Positions 28,723 to 38,473 of a DNA stretch of 64,000 bases are shown here, piece after piece (positions within the stretch are counted from its first letter, which is position 1; every line of letters starts with the position of its first letter). Source of the stretch: Candidatus Marinacidobacterales bacterium (GTDB lineage Bacteria; Acidobacteriota; Vicinamibacteria; Marinacidobacterales; SMYC01). The position numbers were made by a program, and so were the translations under genes. The stretch is taken from positions 800,001 to 864,000 of the forward strand of contig OZ250169.1 in NCBI GenBank assembly GCA_965237955.1, in the 5' to 3' direction. A model generated the notes under the pieces. That model did not search any database, had not been told where the DNA came from, and saw only the letters and a list, made by a program, of their open reading frames with translations.

Positions 28723-31071
28723 ATGCAGTCGAGTACCCCAGTCACAACGGACAGCACCGTAATCGAGGCTCTCGTCCGTTCCCTGGAGATCGCGGCCAGG
28801 TACAACCCGAACGACGTCGTCCATCCAAATGTCGTGTTGTGGACCGATCACGATTCGCAGTGGCTGCCCATCATTCCCCAGCTCCGCCGTCTGGCACCGC
28901 AGCTGCTGACAATTGGCGACTACGAACCGAAGACCCGAACGGGTCCGGCGATCTGGCTGCGGTGTGTCTTGGACGGTGCGCTTGACGATCCAAAATTCCC
29001 CGAAGAAAAGACCCCGATCGTCTACCTGCCGGGTGTCAGCCGGCAGGAGCTCCGGGCGGTCCATGAGTGCCCTGACAGCCTCAAGCCGCTGGTGGAACTT
29101 CAATACCGCGGGGTCTGCTGGACCCAGAAGAATGGCAAGGACTGGACCGTCGAAGCCTTCCTGGTTGCTGAAAAAGGAGGCCTTGGTCTGGACGTAGCGC
29201 GTGATGCCGCTGCGCGGTGGTCGATGTTGGGCGCTTTGACGGAACTGGCGACTACCTCAGTGGAAAGGCTCAAAGGCAAGCATCTCGAGGCGGAGGACTT
29301 CGACAAGCTGTTCTCCGATGATCCTGCAAAGGACCTGTTGCTTTGGCTGAGCGACCCGGAGTCCGTGAGTTCTAGCTGGGATGGCGGTCGATGGAGCGCG
29401 TTTAAGTCGCGCTCCAAGGCCGAACTTAGGTTCGATCCAGAAAAGGACGGCGCGCTAGTGGCTGCGGAATGGCTCGGCCGGCGCGAAGGCCCGTGGGCAT
29501 CGGTGTGGGAGCGCTTTACCGAGTCGCCGGCGCTGTACCCGGGTGTACCTGAACTCTTACGCAAGGCGATGCCGAACGAATTATTTGTAGAGCCTTCCTC
29601 CTGGCCCCAGAACAATGAAAAGGATGAAACAGCACTACGGCAAGCCCTCCTCGCACTTCAAAACACCACCCCATCTGCGGCGAGGGGCCGGTTGCTCGAG
29701 CTGGAGAAGACCCACGGCGTGAGGCGCGAATGGGTCTGGGCAAAGCTCGCTCAGGCCCCGCTGGCCGGCGCGCTTGAACACTTGGCGGCGCTTGCTGAAC
29801 GCACCAACAGCAATCTCGGCGGGGCATCTGTAGCCGAAATGGCCAAGCTCTATGTAGATGCAGTCTGGGAGGTCGATGCTGCGGCACTTTCCTCCATGGC
29901 GACCGTGAAATCATCCGCGGATTCACAGGCCGTGGGTAAGGCGCTGAACGCCATCTACCGTCCCTGGCTGGAGTCGGCCGCCGAGCACCTGCAGGGACTG
30001 GCCGAGAAGGATCCACTACCTGATCACGATGGCCAGGGGTTGGAGGACCTGCTCGTCGAATTGGGTGGGCTGATCCTCTTTGTCGATGGGCTCCGGTTCG
30101 ATGTGTCGCAGCGCCTGGCAGAGAGCATGCGTGAGAAAAGCTGGTTGGTGACTATGTCGACTCGCTGGGCAGGCCTCCCGACAGTCACGGCAACCGCGAA
30201 ACCAGCGGTGTCACCGGTCACTAAAGAGATCAAAGGTCTGGCTCTCGGGGAAGATTTCCTGCCAGCGACTGCGGATGGAGGCCAACCTCTGACCACGAAC
30301 CGGTTCCGCAAGCTGCTGACCGCGGCCGGCTATCATTACCTCGGTTCGGATGAAACGGGCGACCCCTCTGTTCGCGCCTGGACCGAGAACGGAGAGTTCG
30401 ACAAGCTGGGACACTCACTGCAAGGCAAGCTCGCTGGCCAGGTCGAAGAGCAGGTGGAATTGCTGCTCGAACGCATCGAATCGCTTCTCGATGCCGGGTG
30501 GCGCGAGATCCGCGTTGTCACCGACCACGGCTGGTTGTGGCTCCCGGGCGGACTACCGAAGGTCGAACTTCCCAAGTACCTCACGGCGAGCCGCTGGGCT
30601 CGGTGTGCCGCGATCAAAGGCGGTTCCAAGGTCGAGGTGCCGACCGTGCGATGGCATTGGAATTCGCATGAACGTGTAGCCATTGCCCCCGGTATTGCGT
30701 GTTTCAGCACCGGCAACGAATACGCTCACGGCGGGTTGAGCCTCCAAGAGAGCCTGGTACCGATCATTCGGATTACCGTCGGCGAAGCAGCGAGCAAGAC
30801 GGCGGCGAAGGTGGCGCACGTCTCTTGGGCCGGATTGCGTTGCCGCATACAGATCCAGCCAGCCCAGCCAGGCCTCTCGGTGGATCTACGAACGAAGGCC
30901 AACGATCCAGGATCGAGCGTCAGCACAGTACGAAGGGTGGACGTCAAAGGCGCCGCTAGCCTTCTGGTTGTGGATGACGAGCTGGAGGGTACACTGGCAG
31001 CCGTGGTCGTGCTGGACGCAAGCGGCCATGCGATAGCGAAACAACCCACGATCATCGGGGGTGAGGATTGA
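28723..31071 (+). CDS. pglZ: BREX PglZ (alkaline phosphatase fold, type B-like)
   Basis: FVDGLRFD, LPTVTATAK, DKLGH, VVTDHGW, YAHGGLSLQE. Confidence 0.92.
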   Translation: MQSSTPVTTDSTVIEALVRSLEIAARYNPNDVVHPNVVLWTDHDSQWLPIIPQLRRLAPQLLTIGDYEPKTRTGPAIWLRCVLDGALDDPKFPEEKTPIVYLPGVSRQELRAVHECPDSLKPLVELQYRGVCWTQKNGKDWTVEAFLVAEKGGLGLDVARDAAARWSMLGALTELATTSVERLKGKHLEAEDFDKLFSDDPAKDLLLWLSDPESVSSSWDGGRWSAFKSRSKAELRFDPEKDGALVAAEWLGRREGPWASVWERFTESPALYPGVPELLRKAMPNELFVEPSSWPQNNEKDETALRQALLALQNTTPSAARGRLLELEKTHGVRREWVWAKLAQAPLAGALEHLAALAERTNSNLGGASVAEMAKLYVDAVWEVDAAALSSMATVKSSADSQAVGKALNAIYRPWLESAAEHLQGLAEKDPLPDHDGQGLEDLLVELGGLILFVDGLRFDVSQRLAESMREKSWLVTMSTRWAGLPTVTATAKPAVSPVTKEIKGLALGEDFLPATADGGQPLTTNRFRKLLTAAGYHYLGSDETGDPSVRAWTENGEFDKLGHSLQGKLAGQVEEQVELLLERIESLLDAGWREIRVVTDHGWLWLPGGLPKVELPKYLTASRWARCAAIKGGSKVEVPTVRWHWNSHERVAIAPGIACFSTGNEYAHGGLSLQESLVPIIRITVGEAASKTAAKVAHVSWAGLRCRIQIQPAQPGLSVDLRTKANDPGSSVSTVRRVDVKGAASLLVVDDELEGTLAAVVVLDASGHAIAKQPTIIGGED

Positions 31072-33122
31072 AAGTGGAACTCGACCAACTCGACCGTCTC
31101 GCCGCGACGGCGTTTGAAGGCTACCTGGTCCGCAAGGATCTGGTACGCAAGTACAGCCGCCAATATCCGGTTCCGACATATGTGGTCGAGTTCTTGCTCG
31201 GGCGTTACTGCGCAAGCACGGACGAGCAGGAGATCGAGGAAGGGTTAACGATCGTCGAACGGCAGTTGGCGGATCGAACGGTAAGGACGGGCGAAGAGGA
31301 ACTTTTCAAAGCGAGGGCCCGTGATCAGGGATCCATCAAACTCATCGATATTGTCAGAGCGAAGCTGGATGCAAAGACTGACTCGTTCGTCGCGGAACTT
31401 CCAAGCCTCGCAATCAAAGATGTCCGCATCGACGACAGCCTCGTCAAGCAGCACGAACGCATGCTCACCGATGGTTTCTACGCCGAGGTCACTTTGAGCT
31501 ACGACGCTGCCATCGCCCAGGAGAAAGGTGGGCGGCCCTTCGCGATAGACAGCCTTCGAGCCATTCAGCTCTCAAAGGCAGATGTACTGGATACGCTCAA
31601 ACACGGACGCCACTATTTCTCCATTGAGGAGTGGAAACGCGTTCTGCTGCGTAGCGTTGGCCTGGAGCCGGCCGCGTTGTCGGAGCGTGCGCAACTGGTC
31701 GCGCTCGTCCGGATGGTGCCCTTCGTAGAGCGCAACTACAACATGGTCGAGTTGGGTCCACGCGGGACCGGCAAGAGCCACCTGTACCAGCAGATCTCCC
31801 CCTATGCACATCTGATCTCCGGTGGTAAGGCCACGGTGGCGAAGATGTTCGTAAACAATGCCAATGGCCAGCGTGGTTTGGTGTGTCAATACGATGTCGT
31901 CTGCTTCGATGAGATCTCCGGCGTGTCCTTTGATCAGAAAGACGGGCTAAACATTCTCAAGGGGTACATGGAATCCTGTGAATTCTCGCGCGGCAAGGAA
32001 AGCATTCGCGCCGAGGGCGGTATCGTGATGGTGGGTAACCTCGATGTCGAAGTCGAGCACCAGCAACGCGTCGGCCACCTACTGAGTCCCTTGCCTCCGG
32101 AAATGCGTGACGGTACGGCGTTCATGGATCGCATCCACGCCTACGCGCCAGGATGGGATTTTCCGAAGCTAAATCCGAACGAACACTTCACAGACCATTT
32201 CGGATTGGTCAGCGACTTCCTGTCGGAGTGTTGGAGCCGGCTACGCACCGGCAGTCGTATCCACGTGTTACAGGGGCGAGTGAATTACGGTGGAGCACTT
32301 AGCGGACGGGACATCACGGCCGTCAACAAGACAGTGAGTGGCCTGCTAAAGCTGCTGTACCCGGACCCCGAGATGACGGTTCCGGACGAGGAACTGGAAG
32401 AGATGGTTCGCATCGCCCTCGAAGTCCGTCGGCGGGTCAAGGAACAACAGAAACGGGTGTTCAAGAGCGAGTTCCGAAACACGCACTTCAGCTACGCTAT
32501 GGGTGAAGACGGCGTCGAACAATTCGTATCGACGCCGGAGCTGCATAGCGACGAAGCGATCGAACTAGACCCACTGCCGCCAGGACAGGTTTGGGGAATC
32601 AGTCCAGGCGGACCGGAGACCGGCGCCAGCCTATACCGACTTGAGGTGACGGTCGGTAAGGGGAGCGGGGTTAAGATCCTGAATGCACCGGTTCCACCTA
32701 CGTTTCGCGAGAGTGTCAGATACGCCGAGCAGAACCTGTATACAAGGTCAAAGCAACTGGTTGGAGACCGCGATCCGCGCTCTCACGAGTTTTCGTTACA
32801 GCTCCGTGCTATGGATAACGATCGAAGCGGAACGTCGCTCGGCCTGCCGACACTTATGGCCCTTTGCGGCGGACTGCTTGAGAAAAGCACCAAGGGTGGT
32901 CTGATCGTGGTCGGCGCACTCAATCTCGGTGGTTCAGTGGAGCCACTGGCCAATGCTGTCGGTATTATCGAGGTCGCCGTTGAGAAAGGCGCTGATACCA
33001 TGCTCATGCCAGTGTCGGCAAGGAAGCAACTGTTCCAACTCTCCGACGATATGGCGACGCGGATCAACATCCAGTTTTACTCCGACACGCCAGATGCACT
33101 ACTCAAGGCGTTGCTTGAGTGA
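31068..33122 (+). CDS. brxL: BREX BrxL (AAA+ plus Lon-like domain)
   Basis: VPTYVVEFLLG, ELGPRGTGKS, CFDEI, C-terminal Lon-like domain. Confidence 0.92.
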   Translation: MKVELDQLDRLAATAFEGYLVRKDLVRKYSRQYPVPTYVVEFLLGRYCASTDEQEIEEGLTIVERQLADRTVRTGEEELFKARARDQGSIKLIDIVRAKLDAKTDSFVAELPSLAIKDVRIDDSLVKQHERMLTDGFYAEVTLSYDAAIAQEKGGRPFAIDSLRAIQLSKADVLDTLKHGRHYFSIEEWKRVLLRSVGLEPAALSERAQLVALVRMVPFVERNYNMVELGPRGTGKSHLYQQISPYAHLISGGKATVAKMFVNNANGQRGLVCQYDVVCFDEISGVSFDQKDGLNILKGYMESCEFSRGKESIRAEGGIVMVGNLDVEVEHQQRVGHLLSPLPPEMRDGTAFMDRIHAYAPGWDFPKLNPNEHFTDHFGLVSDFLSECWSRLRTGSRIHVLQGRVNYGGALSGRDITAVNKTVSGLLKLLYPDPEMTVPDEELEEMVRIALEVRRRVKEQQKRVFKSEFRNTHFSYAMGEDGVEQFVSTPELHSDEAIELDPLPPGQVWGISPGGPETGASLYRLEVTVGKGSGVKILNAPVPPTFRESVRYAEQNLYTRSKQLVGDRDPRSHEFSLQLRAMDNDRSGTSLGLPTLMALCGGLLEKSTKGGLIVVGALNLGGSVEPLANAVGIIEVAVEKGADTMLMPVSARKQLFQLSDDMATRINIQFYSDTPDALLKALLE

Positions 33123-33161
33123 CAGGGTGCTTCCGCAATTAAGTGTTGGCGGCCAGCCCAT

Positions 33162-33342
33162 CCCGTCCTGTGCCAAAACTCGGCCCTTTTGAAATAGGCC
33201 ATAAATCAGCAACTTAGTGTCTGTGTTTGCGACCGGGCCAAGGGCCGTGGGCTTTACAATCGTCTTGGGCGGGCGGGTCGTCACCATGCAGATGACCACC
33301 TAGTCGAGAGCGAATATCGAAGCGTGTGCCTGAAGCTGTTTT
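33162..33342 (+). repeat. rve IS left-end composite repeat (copy of 2016-2196)
   Basis: Near-identical sequence. Confidence 0.85.
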
Positions 33343-33716
33343 CACGTGGTCAAAATACTCGAACGCCCAACGGGCCAGCAGTTTGAACCTTCAGGGCTTC
33401 AAATGCCGGTAGGCCCGCAAGGTCTGGACCAGGGCATCTCCCTTCTTGGCCCAGGCCGACCGGATCATCTACAACACCGATTCGGCGGTCGGCGCCCGTC
33501 CTGTGCCAAAACTCGGCCTTTTGAGATAGACCATAAATCAGCAGCTTAGTGTCTGTGTTTACAACCGGGCGAAGGGCTGTGGACTTTACAATCGTCTGGC
33601 CCCGAGGGTGTTGTTATCTTCAGATCCATGATGACGTACCGCGTGCAATTCCTACGGCTCGTTCTGGCTGGGTCAAACCACCAACAGCAGGACGCGTGAT
33701 AAACTCTAGTTCATTC

Positions 33717-33947
33717 ATGCTACTGATTGCCAAACTTATCGACTACTACTCCGTTGTCATCATCGTCGCGGTGATCCTCAGCTTTCTTCAGCTCCCGCCG
33801 AGCAACCAGGTAGTTCGCATCACCCGGATGATGACTGAGCCGGCTCTGGCGCCGATTCGCAGGCTGGTGCCCCCAGCGGGGAGGATCGACTTCTCGCCGT
33901 TGATTCTGCTGGTCCTCCTTCAGATTCTGGGGCGCGCGTTGATCTAG
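33717..33947 (+). CDS. yggT: YggT family membrane protein
   Basis: TEPALAPIRRLVPPAGRIDFSPLI. Confidence 0.85.
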   Translation: MLLIAKLIDYYSVVIIVAVILSFLQLPPSNQVVRITRMMTEPALAPIRRLVPPAGRIDFSPLILLVLLQILGRALI

Positions 33948-34109
33948 CACTGTTGCTATCTCGTCCTGTGCCAAAACTTGATCCACTGGCAACGTTACAA
34001 GCGAGCCGTGGACGGGGGGGCCGCGACAACCATTGAGCAGAGCTACCCTTTGGGCGGGTCGTCACCATGCAGATGACCACCTAGTCGAGAGCGAATATCG
34101 AAGCGTGTT

Positions 34110-34553
34110 TCCTTCGCCGTCGGAGATCGGCCTGGGCTCCGGTTCTTGCTGCCATCGTACTTGGCTGCGATGAGGTAGCGGTACCAGCGCAGAAGTGTAG
34201 CGGGTGTGGCAACGGACGCAATCTGGGCCAGTGCCTCGCGGCCCAAAGCCTGGGCCTTGACGGCGAGCCTGCGCCGGTCGTCGTCAGAGAGCCTGAGACG
34301 CTTGCTCCGAAGCCCGGCTCGGAGCACACGGTTCTCCTCTCGCGGGTAGTCGATCCCATCCTGCTGCTGGCGGTTGACCCAGCCAGCCAGAACGAGCAGT
34401 AGAAATTGCACGTGATACGTCCTCATGGACCTGAAGATAACACCCTCGGGCCAGACGATTGTAAAGCCCACGGCCCTTGGTCCGGTCGCAAACACAGACA
34501 CTAAGCTGCTGATTTGTGGGCTATTTCAAAAGGGCCGAGTTTTGGCACAGGAC
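34110..34553 (-). pseudogene. Left end plus N-terminal fragment of rve transposase
   Basis: LAGWVNRQQQD..ENRVLR..LIAAKYDGS, homologous to 44502-45575. Confidence 0.85.
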
Positions 34554-34737
34554 GGGTGAAAGAACAACTGAAGAAGATGGGCTCCTTCGAGTACCACCAG
34601 ACTTCTTTCTCGTACATCGATAACGACAACCGGGAAGAGCGGTTCGTCGGCGTTCCCGAACAGGGCGGCACCGATACGATATCCACTGATCCACTTGCTC
34701 CCGGCTCGATTTACACCGCTTCCGTGGACGACCAGGG
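34554..34737 (+). pseudogene. brxL: Shard of a second, divergent brxL
   Basis: RVKEQLKKMGSFEYHQTSFSYID..FVGVPEQGG..DPLAPG aligns with RVKEQQKR..HFSY..FVSTPE..DPLPPG of the intact BrxL. Confidence 0.75.
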
Positions 34738-34970
34738 CTTTCGGGTTATGGCCCAGTTCCTGGGCGGCGCGAATCAAGAATCGGCGAAGAAGACTCATCT
34801 CAGGCTGCGTCCAGTATAATCGAAACTGGCAGGCTGGCCTGCGGGGACCACCTATGCCAAGCGCCGGTACTGTCAAGTTCACTTGACGAGGAAACGGACC
34901 CCAATATAGGTAGGCCGAGCGAACTTCGTTCACCCATATGTTGTGGTCGTGTTGGCGCGTGATCCCTCAA

Positions 34971-35049
34971 CTTGACAGCAATGGCACCGCCCGTGTGGGC
35001 GGAGGTCATCGGGGAATGAACGAAATCCGTTCGTTCACTCGAAAGTACC
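34971..35049. repeat. 78-bp repeat (GGTACTTTCGAGTG..TGCTGTCAAG), inverted copy
   Basis: Direct copies at 43980-44057 and 45768-45845. Confidence 0.85.
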
Positions 35050-35345
35050 ATTGTTGGTGCTATTTGGCCCTACTCGATGCAACCAACGCGCGACCAGTCA
35101 AGATAAACCGTTATCCTTCGTCAATTTAAGAGCGCAAGGCCAACTTGTAGTTAGCGGCGCTCAGTGTTTGAGTAATAATCATTACTCTTCTCTGCCGAGG
35201 CACATCAACTGTGGCGTTCTTCCGTTCGAAACTGGTTTCGCGGGGATTCCTCAGTGGACTGACCTGCAAACTTTAACCAACAGCAACCGGCTTGCACGTG
35301 GTTCTCGACAAGTTCGAAGCGTTGAGAGCGTTCGCTCCACCAACT

Positions 35346-36608
35346 CTAGCCAACCTTTGCCGACTCTTCCTGGAAGAACTGCTTCAACAGCCGAGCGGCC
35401 ATGACCTCTTCGCCGTTCTCCATGCAGCGGGTCGGGACGTAATTTTCGAACATCACGACCCGCGGCCGGCCGTTTTTCAGTTTGTCGCGAGCTTCTTCCA
35501 GGCTCAGCGGGATGACTTGCTCGTCCCAGTCGAGTATAAGCTCGGCGAATCCCCTGGTGTTCATCTTGACCTCCGCGGTAAGGCCCTTGACGTCGCTCAA
35601 CTCCCCCGCAATGTAGCGAGCTTTCCGCAGCCATTCCGCCTCGAGGGCCTCGTGATCGAGCCGCTCGTAGCGATTCAAAGCGACGATGAAGCCGATGATC
35701 TCCTCCTTGCCGACCTTCATCCCGCGTCCCAGGTGGCTATTGGGTGAGGCCTGCATCAATGCCGCTTCGATCAGATCCTTCCGGCCGGCGAGAATTCCTG
35801 TCGACTGAGGCCCGCGAATCCCCTTTCCCCCGCTGAACACCACCAGATCCGCTCCCATCTCGCCGTAGCGGGTCAAGTTACCGGCGGGAGGAAGCTCGGA
35901 AGCGGCATCGATCAGAACCGGAACGCCGGCCCGCTTTCCGATCTCCAGAAATTCGTGGGGCTTCATGACCTCGGGCTCATCGGCTCGCACGTGCTCCTGC
36001 CGAGCCAGAACGTGAATCATTGCCGTCTTGGCGTTCACTGCATTCCGGAACTGCTCCCGGGTCTCCACGCCGACGATGGTCATGCCCGCGGCGCGATAGG
36101 CGCGGTCATAATCGAGACGGTGCGCCTTCTGGAGGAGGCATTCCACCTTCGGCCAGGTTGGATGCGGTAGCGCTTCCATCTTCTCTTCGTCCGTCCCGGT
36201 GAGGCAGGCCGCCGCGCCAAGGATCATCGCCGAAAAGGCTCCGGAGGAGACCATCGCCGCCTCGGTATGGATGACTTCGGCAATCCTGTTACCGGCGGCC
36301 ACGTTCAGCTCGTGCATGTCCACGAAGTAGCGGTTGGCTTCCCCGATGGCTTCAATGACCTCGGCGGGCATTCGCGAGCCTCCCATGGAGGTGTAGTTAT
36401 CGTGACAGGGCAGGTGAGGATGGACATCGAGGAGCCGCGTGTAGATGTTGTCCCCGTTCAGGCGATCCTCTAGCGGGGCCAAGTTGGTTGGCGCTTCCGC
36501 CCGGTTGGGCATCGCAGCTCGATCCGTGCACGCGCCAACGAGTCCTCCCATGAGCCCGGCGCCGAAGAACTGCCGCCGACTCCACATCCGTCGCCTTTGA
36601 TCTTTCAT
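35346..36608 (-). CDS. SelA/DgaE-like PLP-dependent enzyme with Tat (lipo)signal
   Basis: SRRQFFG..LVGAC; IDAA; FSGGKGIRGPQSTG; RGMKVGKEEI. Confidence 0.85.
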   Translation of the reverse strand: MKDQRRRMWSRRQFFGAGLMGGLVGACTDRAAMPNRAEAPTNLAPLEDRLNGDNIYTRLLDVHPHLPCHDNYTSMGGSRMPAEVIEAIGEANRYFVDMHELNVAAGNRIAEVIHTEAAMVSSGAFSAMILGAAACLTGTDEEKMEALPHPTWPKVECLLQKAHRLDYDRAYRAAGMTIVGVETREQFRNAVNAKTAMIHVLARQEHVRADEPEVMKPHEFLEIGKRAGVPVLIDAASELPPAGNLTRYGEMGADLVVFSGGKGIRGPQSTGILAGRKDLIEAALMQASPNSHLGRGMKVGKEEIIGFIVALNRYERLDHEALEAEWLRKARYIAGELSDVKGLTAEVKMNTRGFAELILDWDEQVIPLSLEEARDKLKNGRPRVVMFENYVPTRCMENGEEVMAARLLKQFFQEESAKVG

Positions 36609-37330
36609 CTGGACCTCCAACAGGTTCCGTCCTTCTCTAATCCCTCAAGGTCTCCAGCATTTCCAGTTGCTCCTCGAGCGGTTGCTTCAGAAACGAATCG
36701 AACGTGTCATAGAACGCTCGCTTGCTCTCCACGCCCACGTATGCCGCCAATGAGCTTCCCATCCGTTCCGCGACACCGAGGGATAGAATTTGGTGCGAAC
36801 GTCGTTAACGCTCTGAGAAGAAGACTTGTGGACCATGAATGCGAATGCCCACGCCCCGGCGTCGTAAGCCAGATGGCGGTAGTACTTCCTAACGCCAGGC
36901 TCCACCCTATCAATATCCTCCATGTCCCGAATCCCCAGCTCCGAATCTTCGACCTTATGCACGAATTCCATGGAACGTATCATGCGATCTTTGAAATGTG
37001 CCCATCCTCGCTGGCCGCCAAGATAGAACGCCAAAAACTCAGCTCCACCTTCCATCATCCACGTCGGCGTGCGCGGAAACGACCTCTAAAACACGTGGGT
37101 GTACTCATGGTCCCCATAGCCAGCCCGGTATTCCACGATCGGCGCGTTGCATGCGCTGCTGATGCCTCAGCAAATCGGGTCGGTTCATGGAGCACCCCCA
37201 TCCCGGTCAGCGGTTGGATCCAGCAAATTGGACAGCATTCTACGCCTCAAGAACTGATTTGGTCAACGAGCACATCGTTCGCTAGACTGAAGCAACAGCG
37301 TTTTCGCCCACGGGCGCGACTCCGAGGGGC

Positions 37331-37588
37331 GGACACTCCCTTTCCTCCACCCCGGACAGCGGACACCCCTTAGAGAAGGGGGTGTGTCCGATTGTCCGCC
37401 CGGACACTTAGTACACGCTGTCCGGACAAAGTGTCCGCTCATGCAGCACCGCGCTGGGCCATACCGATGAAGCCTCCGTCAAGGACTACGAACTGCTTTT
37501 TATGACGTCGAGCCGTCCGTCTCACGGTCTCGACTCCAGCGTTGATGTCATCGGCAAGCGCTTCGGCGTTCATGGCGCCTTGGCGCAG
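37331..37588 (-). other. Clustered GGACA direct/inverted repeats plus 3' end of a probable replication-protein gene (ori-like remnant)
   Basis: Multiple CGGACA/TGTCCG at 37331-37437 directly after the stop of an HTH-like fragment (AEALADDINAGVETVRR..). Confidence 0.4.
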
Positions 37589-37735
37589 TGGTCAGCAGTA
37601 CGCTTACTTGATTGGTCGCAAATTGGTCACCAACGGGGCTGATGGTACCTGACCCAGGAGGGAAGTTCAGGACACCCTCTCCTTGGTTTTGCTTGGAGTT
37701 ACGGCACGTAGGCTCTTCTCTGTTGGTGCTGGAGA

Positions 37736-37783
37736 TGATTCGTAATCAGCAGGTCGGCGGTTCAAATCCGCCCGTCGGCTCCA
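37736..37783 (+). other. 3' half of tRNA-Thr(CGT), att-site duplication
   Basis: TGATT-CGT-AATCAG anticodon arm, GGCGGTTCAAATCCGCC T-arm, CCA end; no 5' half upstream. Confidence 0.8.
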
Positions 37784-38005
37784 CGTAACAAACAGTCCCG
37801 CAAAAACTTACGAGCGAGTTTGTCGAAGCCCCGCGAGGACTTGTGTGCGGAATGTGTGCCTATAGTGTGCCAACCAGAAGGTACTCATCCAGACTCAGCA
37901 TTACTCAGAGCATCCTTATTAAAGAGGATGGCCACCCCTCTGTGCCAACCTCCTTGAGACACTTTGCCCCTTGAAATTAGTGTAGAGGGCGGAGGAGGAT
38001 CATGA

Positions 38006-38473
38006 ATGACTACGTTGATTGAGAGAATGACCCCGGCGGGATCGGAAGGAGCCCGTAGGGCGACTGCAGATCGCGCCGGCCGCGATGCGGCAGGGGTCCC
38101 GGATCCCGAAGTGAGTGAGCAAGCGAAGCGTCGACGCTTTACCGCAGAGTACAAGCTGCGGATAGTGCGCGAGGCCGATGCTTGCAAGGGTGACGGGGAT
38201 GTTGCGGCTCTTCTGCGTCGAGAGGGACTGTACTCGTCGCATCTTTCGAGTTGGCGTCGCCAACGTGACAAGATTGCCAAGGCGGGGTTGACATCGAGGA
38301 AGCGAGGACGGAAGGCGAAGGCAGAGGATCCACGGGTCAAGGAGCTCGAGCGCGAGAACGCGCGATTGAAGCATCGCCTGGCTCGGGTGGAGACGATGCT
38401 AGAGATCCAAAAAAAAACCTCCGAACTTCTGGGGATCCCCCTGAATCCACCAGACAGCGACGAGAACGATTGA
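38006..38473 (+). CDS. IS3-family transposase OrfA
   Basis: RRRFTAEYKLRIV..LLRREGLYSS; A8 tract near the end; element probably starts TG at 37941. Confidence 0.85.
   Translation: MTTLIERMTPAGSEGARRATADRAGRDAAGVPDPEVSEQAKRRRFTAEYKLRIVREADACKGDGDVAALLRREGLYSSHLSSWRRQRDKIAKAGLTSRKRGRKAKAEDPRVKELERENARLKHRLARVETMLEIQKKTSELLGIPLNPPDSDEND

Noticed and set aside
33123-33153. GGTGCTTCCGCAATTAAGTGTTGG as a dif/XerCD site
   Set aside because: Lacks the 11-6-11 layout and the TTATGTTAAAT-like XerD arm
36687-37290. Possible gene upstream of the SelA-like gene
   Set aside because: Appears fragmented and no family is recognisable
37700-37783. Complete tRNA-Thr gene
   Set aside because: Acceptor 5' strand and D-arm are absent upstream of the anticodon arm
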